Virus record (IMG/VR): IMGVR_UViG_2880949579_000002
Location: 1,060 to 65,059 of that record
Origin: a virus
Lineage: Duplodnaviria; Caudoviricetes
DNA: 64,000 bases
Reading direction: 5' to 3' (one strand)
Shown here piece after piece: positions 37,494-48,582 of the stretch. The notes beneath the pieces are model-generated. The model was not told the origin of the DNA, did not search any database, and saw only the letters and a program-made list of their open reading frames with translations. The first letter of the stretch is position 1. The number at the start of each line of letters is the position of its first letter. The translations under genes and the position numbers were made by a program.

Positions 37494-39104
37494 GTGACCG
37501 CAATTAGAAAGCTGAAGAAATATAAACCGACACCTTTTATGGCAAAGGACTCTATCTACGATAAAGATGCTGCAGATTATGCGGTCAACTTTATTGAGTG
37601 TTTAAGTCATACCAAGGGGAAATGGTCTGGAAAACCATTTGAACTGATTGATTGGCAAGAACAAATTATCAGAGATCTCTTTGGAACACTGAAACCAGAT
37701 GGCTATCGGCAGTTTAATACAGCCTATATTGAGATTCCTAAGAAAATGGGGAAATCTGAATTAGCGGCAGCTGTCGCATTACTGCTTACCTGTGGTGATG
37801 GCGAAGAAAGAGCCGAGGTTTATGGATGCGCTGCAGACAGGCAACAGGCATCCATTGTTTTTGAGGTGGCTGCTGATATGGTACGTATGAGTCCGGCTCT
37901 AAGTAAACGAGTCAAAATCTTATCGGCAACAAAACGAATCGTTTTTCAACCGACTAATAGTTTTTATCAAGTGCTTTCAGCAGAGGCCTATTCAAAGCAT
38001 GGCTTTAATATTCATGGTGTTGTTTTTGATGAGTTGCATACGCAGCCCAACAGAAAACTCTTTGATGTCATGACCAAAGGTTCTGGTGATGCCAGAACAC
38101 AGCCCCTATATTTTCTTATCACCACGGCAGGATCTGATACAAAATCAATCTGCTATGAAACCCATCAGAAAGCCAAAGACCTCATGGAGAAAAGAAAAAT
38201 TGACCCTACTTTTTATCCGGTTATTTATGGAGCAGATGAGTCCGATGATTGGACAGATCCGAAGGTGTGGAAAAAAGCTAATCCAAGCCTTGGCATAACG
38301 GTAGGGATCGATAAGGTAAAAGCCGCTTGTGAATCAGCCAAGCAAAACCCTGCAGAAGAGAATGCCTTTAGACAGTTACGACTTAATCAGTGGGTCAAAC
38401 AAGCTGTTCGATGGATGCCAATGGATAGATGGGATAAATGCGCCTTTGCTGTAAATGAAGAGGATTTGCTTGGCAGAGTATGTTATGGCGGACTAGACCT
38501 TTCTAGTTCCATTGATATTACTGCCTTTGTATTGGTTTTTCCTCCTGTTGATGAAGATGATAAATACATCATTCTTCCCTACTTTTGGTTACCAGAAGAA
38601 ACGCTCAGTAGCAGGGTCAATCGTGACCATGTTCCCTATGATGTCTGGGAAAAGCAAGGACAGCTTAAAACAACGGAAGGCAATGTGGTCCATTATGGTT
38701 TTATTGAGAAGTTCATCGAAGAACTTGGCGAAAAGTACAATATTCGTGAGATTGCCTTTGACCGTTGGGGAGCCGTACAAATGGTTCAAAACCTCGAAGG
38801 TATGGGTTTTACTGTTGTTCCCTTTGGTCAGGGCTTTAAGGATATGAGTCCACCGACCAAGGAACTGATGAAACTCACGCTAGAAGAAAAGGTCGCTCAT
38901 GGCGGGCATCCGGTACTTCGTTGGATGATGGATAACATTTTTGTTCGAACGGACCCGGCAGGCAACATCAAGCCGGACAAGGAAAAATCATCAGAAAAGA
39001 TTGATGGTGCAGTGGCAACGATTATGGCTCTTGATCGAGCGATTCGTTGTGGAAATGATACGAGTGCTTCGGTTTATGACAACCGAGGCATTCTCTTTAT
39101 ATGA
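37494..39104 (+). CDS. terL: Terminase large subunit
   Basis: IPKKMGKS Walker A, VFDELH, ITTAG, GGLDLS, KIDG nuclease motif. Confidence 0.95.
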   Translation: MTAIRKLKKYKPTPFMAKDSIYDKDAADYAVNFIECLSHTKGKWSGKPFELIDWQEQIIRDLFGTLKPDGYRQFNTAYIEIPKKMGKSELAAAVALLLTCGDGEERAEVYGCAADRQQASIVFEVAADMVRMSPALSKRVKILSATKRIVFQPTNSFYQVLSAEAYSKHGFNIHGVVFDELHTQPNRKLFDVMTKGSGDARTQPLYFLITTAGSDTKSICYETHQKAKDLMEKRKIDPTFYPVIYGADESDDWTDPKVWKKANPSLGITVGIDKVKAACESAKQNPAEENAFRQLRLNQWVKQAVRWMPMDRWDKCAFAVNEEDLLGRVCYGGLDLSSSIDITAFVLVFPPVDEDDKYIILPYFWLPEETLSSRVNRDHVPYDVWEKQGQLKTTEGNVVHYGFIEKFIEELGEKYNIREIAFDRWGAVQMVQNLEGMGFTVVPFGQGFKDMSPPTKELMKLTLEEKVAHGGHPVLRWMMDNIFVRTDPAGNIKPDKEKSSEKIDGAVATIMALDRAIRCGNDTSASVYDNRGILFI

Positions 39105-39113
39105 GGGAGGTGA

Positions 39114-40442
39114 TTGGTTTTGGGATTTTTATCATCCATTTTTAAAGCAAGAGATAAGCCTACTGACAGAGCTGTGAGTTCAAACTATACATTTTTAATG
39201 GGTTCAACCACAGCAGGTAAAACAGTGACCGAACGGTCGGCACTTCAAATGACGGCTGTATACTCTTGTGTTCGAATTTTAGCTGAAGCAGTAGCAGGGC
39301 TTCCTCTGCACCTTTATCGTTATACAGATGATGGTGGCAAGGAAAAAGCAATTGATCACTCCTTGTATCGACTTTTGCACGATGAACCAAATGCTGAGAT
39401 GAGTTCTTTTGTGTTTAGAGAAACACTGATGACTCATCTTTTATTATGGGGGAATTGTTATGCGCAGATTATTCGTAATGGAAAAGGCGAAGTTGTCGCG
39501 CTCTACCCGTTGATGCCAAATAGGATGTCAGTCCATCGAGACGAGAGTGGGCAGCTCTATTACTTATATACCAGAGGTGCAGATGATGTGAACAGTACAA
39601 AGGGTATGACAGTAAAACTTAGTACCTCCGATGTACTTCATATTCCTGGACTCGGGTTTGATGGACTGGTTGGCTACTCCCCGATTGCGATGGCTAAAAA
39701 TGCGATTGGTCTTGCCATAGCAACAGAGGAATATGGAGCTAAGTTCTTTGCTAACGGTGCGGCTCCAAGTGGTGTCCTTGAACATCCAGGAACGATTAAA
39801 GAACCTGGGAAAGTCAGAGAGGCTTGGCAGTCACAATTTGGTGGCAGTTCCAATTCCAATAAAATAGCCGTGCTTGAAGAAGGGATGAAATATACACCGA
39901 TTTCTATCTCACCAGAACAAGCACAATTCCTTGAAACAAGGAAATTTCAAATCAATGAAATTGCTCGAATTTTTAGAGTCCCTCCCCACATGGTAGGTGA
40001 CCTTGAAAAATCGAGCTTTTCTAATATTGAGCAACAATCCCTTGAGTTTGTGAAATACACATTAGACCCGTGGGTAGTGCGTTGGGAGCAAACCCTAGCC
40101 CGCACCCTTTTTACACCGGAGGAAAAGAAAAAATACTTCTTTAGATTCAATGTAGAAGGCCTACTGAGAGGGGATTATGTCAGTCGTATGAGCGGATATG
40201 CCACAGCAAGGCAGAACGGTTGGATGAGTGCAAATGATATTAGGGAACTTGAAAACCTAGACCGTATCCCTTCAGAGGATGGCGGTGACATGTACCTTGT
40301 AAACGGCAATATGCTCCCTCTTACAAAGGCAGGTGCATTCGCAAATATAAACGAGGATGGAAAGGAGGAAGACTTGGATGAAGAACAAGATATTTTGGCG
40401 ATGGAAGAACCAAGCAAGCGAACAAGAAGAACGAGTTCTTGA
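39114..40442 (+). CDS. HK97-family portal protein
   Basis: AVYSCVRILAE, GYSPI, EIARIFRVPP, NIEQQ. Confidence 0.93.
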   Translation: MVLGFLSSIFKARDKPTDRAVSSNYTFLMGSTTAGKTVTERSALQMTAVYSCVRILAEAVAGLPLHLYRYTDDGGKEKAIDHSLYRLLHDEPNAEMSSFVFRETLMTHLLLWGNCYAQIIRNGKGEVVALYPLMPNRMSVHRDESGQLYYLYTRGADDVNSTKGMTVKLSTSDVLHIPGLGFDGLVGYSPIAMAKNAIGLAIATEEYGAKFFANGAAPSGVLEHPGTIKEPGKVREAWQSQFGGSSNSNKIAVLEEGMKYTPISISPEQAQFLETRKFQINEIARIFRVPPHMVGDLEKSSFSNIEQQSLEFVKYTLDPWVVRWEQTLARTLFTPEEKKKYFFRFNVEGLLRGDYVSRMSGYATARQNGWMSANDIRELENLDRIPSEDGGDMYLVNGNMLPLTKAGAFANINEDGKEEDLDEEQDILAMEEPSKRTRRTSS

Positions 40443-41109
40443 GCTTTACGGAACAATAGCCGAAGAAAGCTGGTTTGATGATGATGTGACCCCGCAGATG
40501 TTTAGAAATGAACTCTTTAGCGGGAAAGGACCCATTACCTTATGGATTAACTCACCGGGTGGAGATTGCATTGCCGCAAGTCAGATTTATACCATGTTGA
40601 TGGATTATCCAGATGAGGTAACCGTCAAGATTGATGGGATTGCAGCATCAGCCGCTTCTGTCATTGCCATGGCAGGAACAAAGGTACTGATGGCGCCTAC
40701 AGCACTCATGATGATTCATAACCCGGCAACCATCACGATGGGTGATCATGAAGACATGAAACGAGCGATTGAGATGTTAGATGAGGTGAAAGAAAGCATT
40801 ATTAATGCCTATGAGATTAAGACTGGAGTATCTCGCATCAAACTATCTCATCTGATGGACGCTGAAACCTGGATGAATGCTAATAAAGCCATAGAACTTG
40901 GCTTTGCAGATGATGTGCTAAAGGATGAAAAACAATCTGAAGCCACTTTTTCTGCCTATGCTTTTTCCAGAAAAGCAGTAGCAACTAATCTACTTAACAA
41001 AATGGCAGAAAAGAATAAACCAATTCAGGCAGAGGAGTCTGCCAAATCCCAAGGACGCTCGGTTGATGAACTAAAAGAGCGTCTTTTTAATCTAAAAAAA
41101 TATATGTAA
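40378..41109 (+). CDS. ClpP-type prohead protease
   Basis: INSPGG, AASAAS, MIHNP, ETWM. Confidence 0.92.
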   Translation: MKNKIFWRWKNQASEQEERVLELYGTIAEESWFDDDVTPQMFRNELFSGKGPITLWINSPGGDCIAASQIYTMLMDYPDEVTVKIDGIAASAASVIAMAGTKVLMAPTALMMIHNPATITMGDHEDMKRAIEMLDEVKESIINAYEIKTGVSRIKLSHLMDAETWMNANKAIELGFADDVLKDEKQSEATFSAYAFSRKAVATNLLNKMAEKNKPIQAEESAKSQGRSVDELKERLFNLKKYM

Positions 41110-41125
41110 ATGGAGGAATTTAACG

Positions 41126-42322
41126 ATGACGATTACAGAAATGCGTAATAAACGCAAAAAGCTTATTGAAACGATGGATGGGTTCTTGGACACTCATAAA
41201 ACCAAGAATGGCACATTATCCGCAGAAGATGATAAAACCTACAAAACCATGGAAGATGAGATCACTGAACTTACCAATGAAATCCATCGTATGGAAAGAC
41301 GTGAGGAGATTGAGGCGGAACTTGAAAAGCCTGTCAGCAAACCAATCATTGAGAAACCGATGAATGGTCGCATGGATAACGGCGAGGTTAAAACAGGTCG
41401 TGCCGCAGACTCCTATAAGAAAGCCATGCTCTCAGCACTTCGCTCAAACTTCCGTAATGTATCAAATGTTCTACAAGAAGGGGTAGACGCAGATGGTGGC
41501 TATCTCGTACCTGAAGAGTACGACAGCAGACTGATTGATGGTCTGGAAGAAGAGAACATCATTCGTAAGCTGGGTCACAGAATTACCACATCAGGTGAGC
41601 GAAAAATCAATATTGCAGCTACAAAACCTGCAGCTGCATGGATTGATGAAGGTGAAGCACTGACCTTTAGCGATGCTACATTCTCTCAGATTAATCTGGA
41701 TGCTCATAAACTTCATGTGGCAGTCAAGGTGACTGAAGAGCTGCTTTATGACAATGCCTTCCAGCTTGAGAATTACATTATTAAGGAGTTTTATAAGGCT
41801 CTGGCTAATGCGGAAGAAGATGCCTTTATCAATGGTGATGGCACAGGAAAACCTCTAGGCATTCTTGCTGCTAGTGGTGGTGCTGAAGTCGGTGTGACCA
41901 CAGCATCTGCAACGGCGATTACTGCTGACGAAGTGATTAATTTAGTGTATTCACTGAAACGTCCATACCGTAAGAATGCAGTATTTATTTTAAATGACCA
42001 GACCATTGCGGCACTTAGAAAACTCAAGGATGGAAACGGAGCCTATATGTGGCAAGCAGCTCTTGTTGCGGGTGAACCAGATAAACTACTTGGCTATCCT
42101 GTTTATACATCTGCTTATATGCCCACCATTGAGGCAGGTGCTAAGACCATTATCTTTGGAGATTTGTCTTACTACAACATTGGAGATCGTGGTTCTCGCT
42201 CCTTTGCAGAACTTCGTGAACTGTTTGCTGGTAATGGCATGGTCGGTTTTGTTGCGAAAGAACGTGTGGATGGCAAGTTAGTACTACCTGAAGCAATCAA
42301 GGTTCTTCAGCAGAAAGCCTAA
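41126..42322 (+). CDS. HK97-fold major capsid protein
   Basis: GGYLVPEE, GDGTGKPLGI, LLGYPV, ERVDG. Confidence 0.93.
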   Translation: MTITEMRNKRKKLIETMDGFLDTHKTKNGTLSAEDDKTYKTMEDEITELTNEIHRMERREEIEAELEKPVSKPIIEKPMNGRMDNGEVKTGRAADSYKKAMLSALRSNFRNVSNVLQEGVDADGGYLVPEEYDSRLIDGLEEENIIRKLGHRITTSGERKINIAATKPAAAWIDEGEALTFSDATFSQINLDAHKLHVAVKVTEELLYDNAFQLENYIIKEFYKALANAEEDAFINGDGTGKPLGILAASGGAEVGVTTASATAITADEVINLVYSLKRPYRKNAVFILNDQTIAALRKLKDGNGAYMWQAALVAGEPDKLLGYPVYTSAYMPTIEAGAKTIIFGDLSYYNIGDRGSRSFAELRELFAGNGMVGFVAKERVDGKLVLPEAIKVLQQKA

Positions 42323-42334
42323 CGGAGGTGCGAT

Positions 42335-42559
42335 ATGGATTACAACACAAAAAACTACACCGAACAAGGCGGTGACAAAACCGTTATCGGTGGAACGCTA
42401 GAGATTAAGGAGGGAGCAACCGTAACCGGTCTCCCTTCTTCTTTTACTCCTGCAGAAAACCAAGCACCTAGTACGGCAGAAGATATTACGAGTTTAGTTG
42501 CTGATTTTAATGCCTTGCTTTTAAAGCTAAAAACAGCCGGACTCATGGAAACTGATTAA
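42335..42559 (+). CDS. Head decoration/fiber-like protein
   Basis: DFNALLLKLKTAGLM C-terminus; follows the capsid gene. Confidence 0.65.
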   Translation: MDYNTKNYTEQGGDKTVIGGTLEIKEGATVTGLPSSFTPAENQAPSTAEDITSLVADFNALLLKLKTAGLMETD

Positions 42560-42580
42560 AAAAGAAAGGATGGTAGCGGT

Positions 42581-42889
42581 ATGACACTGATTCAAAAGGT
42601 AAAGGCAAACTTGATTTTAGAGCATGACACTGATGACGAACTCTTAGAGGTGTTCATCACCGCTGCTGTCAGTTATGCCGAGAGTTATCAGCATGTACCA
42701 GAAAATTTCTATAGCGACAATCCTATGCCACCGACTACAGAGCAAGCCATTATTATGCTCTCTTCTCATTTTTATGAAAGTCGAGATGGCAGTACCGGTG
42801 GATTTTTTGCTGACAATGTGCAAGCCGGTCAGCAAGTTTGGAATACGGTCAATCTTCTTTTGCGACTTGATCGGGATTGGAAGGTGTAA
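42581..42889 (+). CDS. Head-tail connector (gp6-like)
   Basis: VKANL..DDELL..AA..QAIIML..HFYE.R. Confidence 0.85.
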   Translation: MTLIQKVKANLILEHDTDDELLEVFITAAVSYAESYQHVPENFYSDNPMPPTTEQAIIMLSSHFYESRDGSTGGFFADNVQAGQQVWNTVNLLLRLDRDWKV

Positions 42890-42892
42890 GAG

Positions 42893-43234
42893 ATGAGTTT
42901 TGGAAAAATGAATAAATTTGCTGATATCAAGGAAATCACAAAAACAAAAGACAGTGAAGGCTTTGCGACAACATCAGAAACCGTGATTGCTTCGATTCGG
43001 GTTTACCGAGAAGGGCGTCATGGCAGTGAACGCTGGGCTAATTTAGCTACTTTTTCAGAAGCTACGGATTTATTCAGGTTTCGTGCCATTCCAGGAGTTG
43101 AGGTCAGTACAGAACACTTTATTGAGTGTGATGGAGAGCGTTTTGATATTACCTCGGTAGAAAACGTAAAAGGTCGAGGTATGTATACAGAAGTTTTGGC
43201 AAAGAAGGTGGTGAGTAGCGTTGGCAAAAGTTGA
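42893..43234 (+). CDS. Head closure/head-tail adaptor
   Basis: Size, position, RFDITSV. Confidence 0.75.
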   Translation: MSFGKMNKFADIKEITKTKDSEGFATTSETVIASIRVYREGRHGSERWANLATFSEATDLFRFRAIPGVEVSTEHFIECDGERFDITSVENVKGRGMYTEVLAKKVVSSVGKS

Positions 43235-43652
43235 TATTAAAATGCCCGATGAATTTCTACTTAAGGTTTCAAAGCTTGGCTCTGACTTTGACCCTGTTGC
43301 AGAAAAGGTGCTAAAAGCAGGTGGTGAAGTCGTCTTTAAGAGAACGAAAAGTAATCTATCTGCAGTGATTGGTAAAGGTACAAAGCATAAATCACGCTCA
43401 ACGGGTGAATTAGAAAAGGCACTCGGTGTCACTTCAGTACGATTAGATAGGAACGGAAACCACAATATAAAAATTGGATTTTCTGAACCAAGGCCTGATG
43501 GTGAGAGTAACGCAAAAATAGCAAACATCCTTGAGTATGGCAAACACGGTCAACCTGCAAAGCCTTTTTTGAAACCCGCTAGGAGTGCTTCCAAATCAGA
43601 GTGTATCTCAGTTATAAAAAGCACTTTTGAAGAGGAGGTCAAAAAGCTATGA
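43221..43652 (+). CDS. HK97 gp10-like neck protein
   Basis: TGEL..LEYG..QPAKPFLKPA. Confidence 0.82.
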   Translation: MAKVDIKMPDEFLLKVSKLGSDFDPVAEKVLKAGGEVVFKRTKSNLSAVIGKGTKHKSRSTGELEKALGVTSVRLDRNGNHNIKIGFSEPRPDGESNAKIANILEYGKHGQPAKPFLKPARSASKSECISVIKSTFEEEVKKL

Positions 43653-43993
43653 GTATTTTAGAGGACTTACAAGTAGTTTTAGAAACACTAGACGTTCCGA
43701 TTGAAACAGGAGTGTTTTCAGATGTGGCTCCTGGTAAGTACATGGTGATTGTTCCGATGAGCGATAGCTTTGACCTTCATTCGGATAATCTACCATGCAT
43801 GGATGTTCAAGAGGCACGGATTTCAATTTATAGCAAAGGCAGTTATACAGCTCTAAAAAATCAAGTGGTGCAGTTATTGTTGGATTCCAGTTTCACCATA
43901 ACCGCACGGAGCTACATCGGCTTTGAAGATGATACGGGCTATTACCACTACAACGTGGATGTAGCCAAACATTATGAAATAGGAGGTAATTAA
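43649..43993 (+). CDS. Tail completion/terminator-like protein
   Basis: Position before major tail; EDDTGYYH. Confidence 0.65.
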   Translation: MSILEDLQVVLETLDVPIETGVFSDVAPGKYMVIVPMSDSFDLHSDNLPCMDVQEARISIYSKGSYTALKNQVVQLLLDSSFTITARSYIGFEDDTGYYHYNVDVAKHYEIGGN

Positions 43994-43995
43994 AA

Positions 43996-44580
43996 ATGGC
44001 AACAATTGGTCTGGATAAACTTTATTATGCGACCATCACAGACGATGAAAATGGCGAAGAAATCTATGGCACACCCACTCAGCTGGCAAAAGCAATCTCA
44101 GCAGAGCTATCTGTTGAACTGGCAGAGGCAACGCTCTATGCAGATGATGGTGCGGCAGAAATCGTTAAAGAATTTAAAAATGGCACCATCTCTCTTGGAG
44201 TAGATGATATTGGCTCGACTACTGCAGCCGCCTTAACCGGTGTCACGGTTGATAAGAACAACGTTGTGGTTTCTAACAGTGAAGATGGCGGGGATCCTGT
44301 GGCTGTTGGTTTTAGAGCAAAGAAATCCAATGGCAAGTATAAATACTACTGGCTCTACCGAGTGAAATTCGGTATTCCTGCCACCAACCTAGCGACTAAA
44401 GGTGACAGTATTACATTCTCAACACCAACAATAGAAGGTACGGTTCTTCGAAGAAACAAACCGGATACAAGCGGGAAACATCCATGGAAAGCGGAAGTGA
44501 CCGAAGGTGATAAGGATGTACCGGCAGCGGTTATCAGCGGTTGGTATACAGAAGTCTATGAACCGGATTACACAGTATAA
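43996..44580 (+). CDS. Major tail protein (phi13 family)
   Basis: IGLDKLYYA, LYADDG, VAVGFRAKKSNG.Y.Y.WLY. Confidence 0.88.
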   Translation: MATIGLDKLYYATITDDENGEEIYGTPTQLAKAISAELSVELAEATLYADDGAAEIVKEFKNGTISLGVDDIGSTTAAALTGVTVDKNNVVVSNSEDGGDPVAVGFRAKKSNGKYKYYWLYRVKFGIPATNLATKGDSITFSTPTIEGTVLRRNKPDTSGKHPWKAEVTEGDKDVPAAVISGWYTEVYEPDYTV

Positions 44581-44593
44581 GGAGGGATAATTC

Positions 44594-45165
44594 ATGGATA
44601 ACGAACGAACAGCAAGTATTCGTATTGGTGGCGATGAATATGTGCTACTACTTACTACAAAGGCAACAAAGGAAATCGCAGGACGATATGGTGGTCTTGA
44701 AAACCTAGGCGATAAGCTAATGAAGTCTAAGAATGTTGAGATGGCACTTTCCGAGATTGTGTGGCTGATTACCTTACTGGCCAATCAAAGTACCCTTGTC
44801 TATAACATCAAGCACAAGGATGCACCGAAGGAATTACTCACAGAAGATGAAGTGGAAATTCTCACAAGCCCGATTGATTTGGCAGAGTACAAAGAGGCAA
44901 TAATGAATGCCCTTTACAAGGGTGCAAAAAGAAATGTACTCAGTGAGGAAAGCCCAAAAAACGCAGTAGCCCCGTAAGTGACGAAGAGTTATTTACGAGG
45001 CTTTTATATTACGGCATCAGTCTATTACATCTGACCATGGATGAATTTTGGCTGATGCCGTTTGGTTTGCTACTAGACTTGTGGGAGTGCCACAAACAGT
45101 ATCAGGGGCTGGCAAAACCAAAAAGAGAGATATTTATCGATGACATTATCCCTGATGGAATCTGA
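44594..45165 (+). CDS. Tail assembly chaperone G (44594-44977) with -1 frameshift extension GT to 45165
   Basis: Slippery C-CCA-AAA-AAC at 44953-44962 in correct phase; -1 frame open (..DEFWLMPFGLLLDLWECH..). Confidence 0.8.
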
Positions 45166-45182
45166 CAAAGGAGGTGGAAAGC

Positions 45183-47789
45183 ATGGCAGATAATTTTGGC
45201 TTAAAAATCGGTCTTGAAGGCGAGAAAGAATTTAAAAAGGCATTAACCGATATCAATCGTTCCTTTAAAGTACTTGGCTCTGAAATGAAACTGGTAGCCT
45301 CAGAATTTGATAAAAACGATAAGTCTGTCCAGGCTCTTTCCGCCAGAAATTCAGTCCTCAACAAAGAGATTGAAACCCAAAAAAGCAAAATTGATACCTT
45401 GAGATCGGCTCTAGAAAATGCAGCGACCTCCTTTGGAGAAACTGATAGAAGAACACAGAACTGGCAGATTCAGCTAAACAATGCTGAGGCGGCACTCAAC
45501 AATATGGAGCGAGAGTTAAGTAGCAATAATGCTGCTCTTGAAGAAGCTAACTCCAATTATGATGATGCCGAAGATGCCCTCGATGACATGAACCGTGAAA
45601 TGAACGATGTCACCGATAGTGCCGATGATATGGGAAAAGAGATTGATGAGGCGGCTGACTCTGCTGAAAAGTCTGAATCTAAGTTTAAAGGCTTAGGTAC
45701 AACTCTAAAATCTATTGGCATTGCCATGGGAGCTGTTGCTGTTGCAGCAGGAGCGGCGGCTGTCAAACTGGGTAAAGAAGTCATTTCCGCTTATGCCGAT
45801 TACGAGCAATTAGTCGGTGGTGTGGATACGCTTTTTAAAGAGAACTCTCAGCAGTTACAAGACTATGCATCGAATGCCTATAAGACGGCAGGTCTTTCTG
45901 CCAATGACTACATGGAAACCGTCACTTCGTTTTCTGCAAGCCTTATTTCTTCTCTTGGAGGAGATACTGAAAAAGCCGTTAAATATGCGGATATGGCAAT
46001 TACTGATATGTCTGACAATGCCAATAAAATGGGTACAGACATGGAGTCCATTCAAAATGCCTATCAGGGTTTTGCCAAGCAAAATTACACCATGCTGGAT
46101 AACCTTAAACTAGGCTATGGTGGTACAAAAAGTGAAATGGAGCGGCTCCTTGCCGATGCCAAGGCTATCTCTGGTATTGAGTATGATGTTTCTTCTTATG
46201 CCGATGTAGTTTCTGCCATCCATGTCATTCAAGAAAGCATGGGTATTGCTGGTACGACTGCTCTTGAAGCTGAGGAAACTATTTCAGGGTCCTTGAATGC
46301 TTTTGAATCTGCTTTACAAAATCTCTTAGTTGGTTTTGGAAATGCTGATGCGGATATGGAACAACTCAGTAAAAACATGGTGGATGCCTTTCAGTCTGTG
46401 GTAAAAAACATTACTCCAGTGATTGAAAATATCGTAAAGGCTTTACCTATAGCAATTGAAGCATTATTGGATGCGATTTCTGATTTGTTACCGACACTCC
46501 TTGCTACGGTGACAGATTTATTTACTCAGGTACTTAACGCACTGATGAACCTACTACCTACCTTAATACCGGTAGCAGTTGATTCCATTCTCACGATTGT
46601 GAATGCGTTGATTGAAAACTTACCACTGCTAGTGGATGCGGCCGTTCAGTTAATTGCAGCTTTAGTGGATGGTCTTGGGCAGGCTCTCCCAGAACTTATT
46701 CCTGCGGCAGTTAATGCAATTACTACGATTGTACAAGGTTTGGTTGATAATCTACCCATGCTGCTCGATGCAGCACTGCAGTTAATACTTGGTTTGGCTC
46801 AGGGGCTACTCGAAGCGATCCCGCAACTAATTGAGGCTCTTCCTACGATTATCTTGGCAATCGTTGATTTTATTATTAGCGCAATTCCTCAGATTATAGA
46901 TGCAGGTATTCAGTTACTAACATCGCTGGTTGCCGCGTTGCCTGAAATTATTACGGCAATTGTTGAGGCGATTCCACAGATTATTGATGGAATACTAAAT
47001 GGGATTTTAAGTTCGATTCCACAACTCATTCAAGCAGGTGTCGACTTACTTGTTGCACTGGTTCAAAATCTACCGACCATTATTACCACCATTGTGGCAG
47101 CGATACCTCAAATCATTTCAAGTATCGTAAATGCCTTAATGGGAAACATCGACAAAGTCATTATGGCAGGGGTTCAGCTATTTGTAGCACTCATTCAAAA
47201 CTTACCAACCATTGTGGTAGAAATCGTAAAAGCAGTGCCCCAGATTATTGGCGGCATCGTCAGAGCATTTACAAACTCCATGGGTTCAATCGTGACGGTG
47301 GGTGGCAACATTGTAAAAGGGTTATGGCAGGGTATTCAATCCCTTGCTTCTTGGTTATGGAATAAAGTGAGTGGTTGGATTAGTGGCATTTGGACTGGCA
47401 TCAAGGATTTCTTCGGTATCAAATCACCATCGAAACAGATGGGGTGGGTTGGTGAAATGCTTGTGAAAGGTCTTGCAGGTTCTATCCAAGATAACGGTGA
47501 TGAGGCTGTGAAAGCGGCTGAGATGATGAGCGAGGATATCAACGATGTGATGACTAGTCTTGCCAGCGATATGAGTACATCCTTGCCTACAGACTTTTCA
47601 GTGGATACTTCGGTAGGCGGTGTGATTTCAAATGCAGCGACCTCTTCCCTAGGTGGTGTCAGTGGGTCGCTAGTTACTGTACAGCAGATGATTGTACGAA
47701 GTGAAGATGATATCAGAAGGGTATCTCAGGAACTTTATAACTTAATTCAAACAGGCTCTCGTGCTCAAGGTCGATTTTCTACAACATAA
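45183..47789 (+). CDS. Tape measure protein
   Basis: N-terminal coiled coil, amphipathic ..LP.LI repeats, GIKSPS C-terminal motif. Confidence 0.92.
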   Translation: MADNFGLKIGLEGEKEFKKALTDINRSFKVLGSEMKLVASEFDKNDKSVQALSARNSVLNKEIETQKSKIDTLRSALENAATSFGETDRRTQNWQIQLNNAEAALNNMERELSSNNAALEEANSNYDDAEDALDDMNREMNDVTDSADDMGKEIDEAADSAEKSESKFKGLGTTLKSIGIAMGAVAVAAGAAAVKLGKEVISAYADYEQLVGGVDTLFKENSQQLQDYASNAYKTAGLSANDYMETVTSFSASLISSLGGDTEKAVKYADMAITDMSDNANKMGTDMESIQNAYQGFAKQNYTMLDNLKLGYGGTKSEMERLLADAKAISGIEYDVSSYADVVSAIHVIQESMGIAGTTALEAEETISGSLNAFESALQNLLVGFGNADADMEQLSKNMVDAFQSVVKNITPVIENIVKALPIAIEALLDAISDLLPTLLATVTDLFTQVLNALMNLLPTLIPVAVDSILTIVNALIENLPLLVDAAVQLIAALVDGLGQALPELIPAAVNAITTIVQGLVDNLPMLLDAALQLILGLAQGLLEAIPQLIEALPTIILAIVDFIISAIPQIIDAGIQLLTSLVAALPEIITAIVEAIPQIIDGILNGILSSIPQLIQAGVDLLVALVQNLPTIITTIVAAIPQIISSIVNALMGNIDKVIMAGVQLFVALIQNLPTIVVEIVKAVPQIIGGIVRAFTNSMGSIVTVGGNIVKGLWQGIQSLASWLWNKVSGWISGIWTGIKDFFGIKSPSKQMGWVGEMLVKGLAGSIQDNGDEAVKAAEMMSEDINDVMTSLASDMSTSLPTDFSVDTSVGGVISNAATSSLGGVSGSLVTVQQMIVRSEDDIRRVSQELYNLIQTGSRAQGRFSTT

Positions 47790-47801
47790 GGAGGTGTGCC
47801 G

Positions 47802-48578
47802 ATGGGTTTTTCATATAACGATATTTCTTCAAAAAGCATGGGACTAAAAGCCAGGCTCACTTCCTGGCAAGTCTGTGGAGGAATGCGTAATTTTACCACC
47901 ACCGTACCTGGAAAGTATGGGGTGACAGACTTTGGGGCTGATTTTGATTACCGAGAAATCAATGTAGCTTGTAATATCTATCCCAAGCATAGCTTTTCTG
48001 CTCTGGTGAGTACGCTTGATGAACTTTCAACATGGCTTGATCCCATGCAAGGATTAAAAGAACTTGTTTTTGACGATGTACCTGACAGGTATTTCATGGC
48101 AAGGCTGAATGAAAAAGTGGATTGTGAACGACTCATTCGTTTTGCAGGAAGTTTTAACTTGAAGTTTTTCTGCCCTGACCCATTTGCTTATGCCATTACG
48201 GATGAAAATTATTTAATAGAAAGCGAAGGAAGTCACACGATTACAAGACAGACCGGCAATGTTGAATCCAATCCTATGTATCGCTTGAAGGGAATCATCA
48301 CATCGGGTGTGAACAATTTTATTTCTGTTACAACCAATGGATTGGAAATGAAAATAGTGAATGCGGTACTTTTGGCAGAAGAAACCCTTGTCATTGATAC
48401 AGCTAATATGACGGCTTATGTGGAAGACGAAAACGGGATAATCTTAAGAAACGCTTTGCCTTACCTAGAGGAGATACAGTTTCCAAGTCTTCATGTGGGC
48501 ACGAATACCCTAGCAATAACAACAAATAATGCTGTGTTTACAGCGCTTGAAATAAAGGCTCGCAGTAGATGGAGGTGA
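47802..48578 (+). CDS. Distal tail (Dit) protein
   Basis: VPGKYG, LVFDDVPDRYF, F.CPDPFAY. Confidence 0.85.
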   Translation: MGFSYNDISSKSMGLKARLTSWQVCGGMRNFTTTVPGKYGVTDFGADFDYREINVACNIYPKHSFSALVSTLDELSTWLDPMQGLKELVFDDVPDRYFMARLNEKVDCERLIRFAGSFNLKFFCPDPFAYAITDENYLIESEGSHTITRQTGNVESNPMYRLKGIITSGVNNFISVTTNGLEMKIVNAVLLAEETLVIDTANMTAYVEDENGIILRNALPYLEEIQFPSLHVGTNTLAITTNNAVFTALEIKARSRWR

Positions 48579-48582
48579 TCCA

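Noticed and set aside
46400-47300. Periodic repeats in the tape measure gene
   Set aside because: Ordinary amphipathic tape-measure repeats, degenerate at DNA level
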